Shown: positions 28,229 to 32,000 of the stretch, in pieces
Layout: each line of letters starts with the position of its first letter
Position numbering within the stretch: the first letter of the stretch is position 1
Source: Promethearchaeia archaeon
Lineage (GTDB): Archaea; Asgardarchaeota; Lokiarchaeia; Sigyniarchaeales; SOKP01
Direction: 5' to 3'
Assembly (NCBI GenBank): GCA_046497275.1
Contig: JAWOFX010000019.1
Location: forward strand, 69,552 to 101,551
Length of the DNA: 32,000 nt
Notes under the pieces: generated by a model
The model's input: the letters and a program-made list of their open reading frames with translations, nothing else
What the model was told of the DNA's origin: nothing
Databases searched by the model: none
Made by a program: the position numbers and the translations under genes

Positions 28229-29487
28229 TGAAAAATCGACATTTTTCTAAAAAAAATAAAATTTACTTACTAAGTATTTTAATAATCGTTAGTATGGTTT
28301 TTGGTTTTACTTCGGTATATGCGGGATTAATCGCAACTGGAGATGCCTCTACTACTGAAATTAGAACATCTTTCGCAAGTTCTGGCACGAATGATATGAG
28401 TAGCGCCAATCTGTTGCCTGGAGATGTTATTTTATTAGGGACAGATAATTCTATGTTTGATTATCTCATTCCTGGAAAATGGTCACATACAGTTATATTT
28501 GGTGGAATCGCAGGATATCACCAGATTTGGGCAACGGAAGAGGGAACATGGGTTCCGCAAGGTGAGGCATGGGTGGTTCATTCAACGAAGGACGATACTG
28601 ATTCGGGTTTAAGAACATCTCGATTCACAACTGTTGTCAATGATCATGCTGGAAATGTAGTGGCTATGAGAATCTTAAAACCTGGTGGCGTTCTATTGTC
28701 CTCTTCTGAAAGACAAGCTATCGTTAATTTTGCAACCAGTAAAATTGGTTTAGATGAAGGATATGATTGGAACTGGCTCGGCAAACAAGTTGGAATTGAT
28801 ACAGCAGATCCAGAAATCGCTCCAGATGGTTATTATTGTTCAGAATTAGCTTGGGCAGCTTATAAATCGGTAATAGGGATTGATTTAGACGGAGATTTCT
28901 CTCCTTTTAATATTGGCGTATCCCCAGAAGATTTATACTGGTCTCAATATGCTCAAGTTATTGCATTGGAAATGAATTCTGATCCAAATGGAAATGGCGT
29001 CCCTGGAGGTGCTTATGCGGTAGATGCTTCTAATGATCTTTATAAAATGACCGTCTATGTGGATGAAGTCTATTATGATGATGAACACGAGGGATGGTTA
29101 ATGGGCGACGGGGAAATGTATCTTAAGTTATGGATCGGAGAAGCTTATTTCCCCAGCTGCGCTGCTAGCGGGGATGTGAACAGCAATCATCTGGATAAAA
29201 TTGATGACGCTGGAAATGATTATACAAGAGCAGGAAAGAATGAGGCCATAGATTGGAATAATCAACACTTTGCCCTCTTTTCTTATAACTCCTATGCGAA
29301 AGTAAGAGTTCAGGCGTCTGAATACGATTCCACATCTGGTGATGATGATTATCCTGTTTTTCAATGGTGGTTCAGCCCCTCTCAATGGCATGGATATGTG
29401 GATAATGGATGGTATTGGTCTGGTTACCGTTATGATATGGGTGATTGTCGCTATACCATTTGGTTTAGAATCGATTCTGTCTATTAG
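28228..29487 (+). CDS. Secreted permuted papain-like NlpC/P60 (YiiX/YebB-like) hydrolase with an uncharacterised C-terminal domain
   Basis: Signal peptide ending VYA; LLPGDVILL; His before Cys (KWSH87; YYC204SEL); YDWNW; VSPEDL; Asp/Trp/Tyr-rich C-terminal ~170 aa; TTG start. Confidence 0.82.
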   Translation: MKNRHFSKKNKIYLLSILIIVSMVFGFTSVYAGLIATGDASTTEIRTSFASSGTNDMSSANLLPGDVILLGTDNSMFDYLIPGKWSHTVIFGGIAGYHQIWATEEGTWVPQGEAWVVHSTKDDTDSGLRTSRFTTVVNDHAGNVVAMRILKPGGVLLSSSERQAIVNFATSKIGLDEGYDWNWLGKQVGIDTADPEIAPDGYYCSELAWAAYKSVIGIDLDGDFSPFNIGVSPEDLYWSQYAQVIALEMNSDPNGNGVPGGAYAVDASNDLYKMTVYVDEVYYDDEHEGWLMGDGEMYLKLWIGEAYFPSCAASGDVNSNHLDKIDDAGNDYTRAGKNEAIDWNNQHFALFSYNSYAKVRVQASEYDSTSGDDDYPVFQWWFSPSQWHGYVDNGWYWSGYRYDMGDCRYTIWFRIDSVY

Positions 29488-29630
29488 ATTCACTACTCCT
29501 CATACTCAGAAGCGTAAAATCAAAACCTCTTTTTTTTTATTTTTTTACCAATAAGACATTTTTAACAAATTTAATAAATTGATTGTACCCTTTATTAATT
29601 ATTTACAAATACGTAAATGGTTTAATCGAA

Positions 29631-30368
29631 ATGAAATTAAAAAAGTTTACGATAACGTTAGTATCGATCTTTATTTTATTGATTTTAACCACTCCTTTTG
29701 CTTTAGCTCAAGAATACACTTGGAACATCAGCATCGGTGAAGAATTTATTTGGAAAGTTGATCTAATAGATCAAGATGCCTTAAACACAACATTTGGGAT
29801 GAATTGGGAGGAAGATCTTGAGAGTGAGTTTGGAATTGGCGCTTATAATCTCAATGCTACGAAGAAATACAAATTTATCAACATAAATTCAACTTCAAAA
29901 TATTGGTATCTTGATTTTGATATTTGGCATTGGACAACTTCTAATTTTGCGGAAGTGTCAGACATTTCAGATAATATTCCTTATCAAACTTTCGAGGGGA
30001 CATACCCTTTTTTAGGTCCTTGGGGAAAAAATGTCTATTTTTCGCCACTTGATGTTGATCAGTATCTTTGTGAGTATGATGCAAATGAGAACAGATATAA
30101 CGTCAATAATTCATGGGTCTATAACGAAGATGATCTTACAAATTATTCAATAATATACACGTTTAACAGAGACACAGGGGTTTTATCAAAAGCAGAGATT
30201 AAAAATGAGAATGAAGAGGTCATCTACCAATTTAGTATTCAAAGTGGAGGAGGTGATAATAAGATTCCATTTTCGAATATTTTCGTTATAATAACACTAT
30301 TCTCTCTAACAACTGTAGCATTTTTCATCAGAAAGAAGATAAAGATACAATATAGTTTTAATTTATAA
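29631..30368 (+). CDS. Exported surface protein with C-terminal Loki-CTERM-like anchor
   Basis: ATG at 29631 (in frame with the track's TTG at 29583) gives a signal peptide MKLKKF...ALA; C-terminus GGGDNK-IPFSNIFVIITLFSLTTVAFF-IRKKIK (linker, IP motif, TM, basic tail). Confidence 0.75.
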   Translation: MKLKKFTITLVSIFILLILTTPFALAQEYTWNISIGEEFIWKVDLIDQDALNTTFGMNWEEDLESEFGIGAYNLNATKKYKFININSTSKYWYLDFDIWHWTTSNFAEVSDISDNIPYQTFEGTYPFLGPWGKNVYFSPLDVDQYLCEYDANENRYNVNNSWVYNEDDLTNYSIIYTFNRDTGVLSKAEIKNENEEVIYQFSIQSGGGDNKIPFSNIFVIITLFSLTTVAFFIRKKIKIQYSFNL

Positions 30369-30588
30369 CATAATAAGGAAAATTAATTAAATTCATTAGA
30401 AATTCAAAAAATTTTCCACCTTTTTTTTCCCTACTTCAAAGAAAACGTTTGAAATATCTGAAAACTTACAATATTATCAAAAATATTTCACAAAACTATC
30501 AAATATTTTAATACCTATTTTTATATTTGAAGTATAGGAATAAAAAAACATCATTAAACTAAGAAATAATTGCTTTTCAATCTTTGAA

Positions 30589-32000
30589 ATGGAAAATCCG
30601 GAATATAATAAGGAAGAAATTCGCTCGAAGTATCGAGATTTATTTCAGCATTCCTTAGATTATATCTATGTGAATGATTTAAAAGGAAACTTTTTAGATG
30701 CGAATAATATCACTTTAAAAGCGTTAGATTATGAAGAAAATGAAATTTCTTCTCTTAGTTTTTTGGATGTTTTAGCTGATGAAGAACAATTAATTACTGC
30801 GATGGAAACAACTAAGGAAATTATAGAAAAAGGGAGACAACAAAAAAGAAGCAGATATAAATTAAAAACGAAAAATGGAAATATTATTTATTTAGAAACT
30901 TACGGAATCCCTCTCAAAAAAGACAATAAAATTTATGCTATTTTAGGTATTGGAAGAGATATTACACTCAGAAAATTAACTGAACATAAATTAAAAGAAT
31001 CTGAGAAAAGATTTAGAAATCTATTTGAGATGAATCCTTACGGAATTGTTATTTTTGACCTAAATGGAAAAATTATCGATTCAAATCCTACTACGGAAAT
31101 TTTAACGGGCTATAAAAAAGAATCCTTAATAGGGAAACATTTCAATGAGGTTCTTGCGATTAAAAAAAAAGATCTTCCTTTAATTACTAAATTATTTAAT
31201 AAAATGGTAGAGGGTATTCATGTACACCGAATCGATATTGAATTAAGAAAAAAGAATGGTGATTTTATATGGACAAATATTCAAGGGTCTGTTGTTAAGT
31301 TTGAAGACACGTCCTTCATGCAAATAATTTTGCATGATATTTCTAAACGAAAAGAAGCCGAACTTCTCATTAATAAACAATTAAAAAAGTTAAAAGAATT
31401 AGATGAGATGAGAAAAAATTTAATGGTGAGAATCTCTCATGAATTAAAAACACCATTAATGTTGATTAGCGGAGGAGTGGAATATTTATTTGAGTCTAAA
31501 GAATCAATGTTAGATCAAGATATAACAGAAATCCTAAAAACTATAGAAAGAGCAAGCTTAAGACTTAAAAAATTGATTGAAAATTTAATAGACGCTACAA
31601 AAATAAATTACAATAAACTTAAACTGGATAAGAAGAAGGTTAATTTTTCTGAAATAATTAATGATTCAATTTTAGATTTAAAACATATAATTAATAAACG
31701 TGATTTATTGCTTAATAGCAATATACATGATGAATTGAATCTAATGATGGATGAGTTAAGGATAAAACAAGTTATTGCCAACCTATTATTGAATGCTATT
31801 AAGAACACACCCCCACAAGGTAAAATATCTATATTATTGGAAAAAAATGATGATTATGCCAAATTTTCTATAAAAGATACAGGAATTGGATTAACCCAAA
31901 AAGAAATGAATATCTTATTCACTCAATTTGGAAAAATCGAACGGGAAGATCAAAATCTTGATTTTATAGATATTCAAGGATCTGGTTTAGGTCTCTTTAT
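30589..32000 (+). CDS. Cytoplasmic PAS-PAS sensor histidine kinase (partial, runs off the window end)
   Basis: Not in the ORF track; open from ATG 30589. Two PAS/PAC units ending GRDIT and HDISKRK, H-box SHELKTPL (His codon 31438), N-box NLLLNAIK, G1 KDTGIG, F-box LFTQF, G2 GSGLGL. Confidence 0.93.
   Translation, partial: MENPEYNKEEIRSKYRDLFQHSLDYIYVNDLKGNFLDANNITLKALDYEENEISSLSFLDVLADEEQLITAMETTKEIIEKGRQQKRSRYKLKTKNGNIIYLETYGIPLKKDNKIYAILGIGRDITLRKLTEHKLKESEKRFRNLFEMNPYGIVIFDLNGKIIDSNPTTEILTGYKKESLIGKHFNEVLAIKKKDLPLITKLFNKMVEGIHVHRIDIELRKKNGDFIWTNIQGSVVKFEDTSFMQIILHDISKRKEAELLINKQLKKLKELDEMRKNLMVRISHELKTPLMLISGGVEYLFESKESMLDQDITEILKTIERASLRLKKLIENLIDATKINYNKLKLDKKKVNFSEIINDSILDLKHIINKRDLLLNSNIHDELNLMMDELRIKQVIANLLLNAIKNTPPQGKISILLEKNDDYAKFSIKDTGIGLTQKEMNILFTQFGKIEREDQNLDFIDIQGSGLGLF

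Noticed and set aside
24316-29487. Permuted NlpC/P60 as an LRAT-like retinoid enzyme serving the rhodopsin
   Set aside because: It is 3.3 kb away, secreted and YiiX-like in motif spacing. The shared superfamily is the only link.
25053-30368. CPBP protease as the sortase for the Loki-CTERM-like protein
   Set aside because: Some Rce1-like proteases are proposed sortases in bacteria, but here the genes are separated by unrelated genes and this CPBP copy is interrupted.
352-31808. Short ORFs in the track overlapping longer genes (e.g. 352-669, 1717-2031, 2272-2586, 3966-4250, 4597-4899, 5805-6062, 7550-7840, 17488-18498 set, 27067-27555 set, 29128-29493, 31608-31808)
   Set aside because: They are antisense or alternate-frame shadows of well-supported genes and contain no recognisable motifs.
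1-32000. CRISPR array, rRNA, prophage, integrase or IS element
   Set aside because: No regularly spaced repeats, rRNA-like segments or recombinase/transposase motifs were seen. The periodicity at about 15820-16592 is explained by the LRR coding repeats.

Overview
AT-rich, gene-dense chromosomal window from an Asgard archaeon, most likely Lokiarchaeia/Promethearchaeia. The call rests on a lokiactin, a schizorhodopsin, a Rab-like GTPase, a Loki-CTERM-like surface protein, an archaeal Hef/PAN/RpoK set and a PAS-PAS histidine kinase. Housekeeping content: purM-purB with a PfkB kinase, a TldD/PmbA pair, UDP-glucuronate decarboxylase, tungsten AOR, acyl-CoA dehydrogenase, a nitrilase-family hydrolase and a GNAT. 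Features the ORF track misses: (i) tRNA-Val(CAC) with a 31-nt non-canonical T-loop intron (59/60) in a complete bulge-helix-bulge; (ii) a decayed, inverted partial copy of the acyl-CoA dehydrogenase gene at 20740-21025; (iii) a 19-bp perfect direct repeat flanking the intact copy; (iv) partial genes at both edges (metallophosphoesterase, histidine kinase); (v) a CPBP protease gene split by one TAA; (vi) a structured intergenic element at 11344-11428. The most notable gene context is a schizorhodopsin with all inward-H+-pump residues directly downstream of lokiactin. No CRISPR array, rRNA, integrase or transposase was seen. Family assignments come from motifs and recalled family sequences, not database searches.
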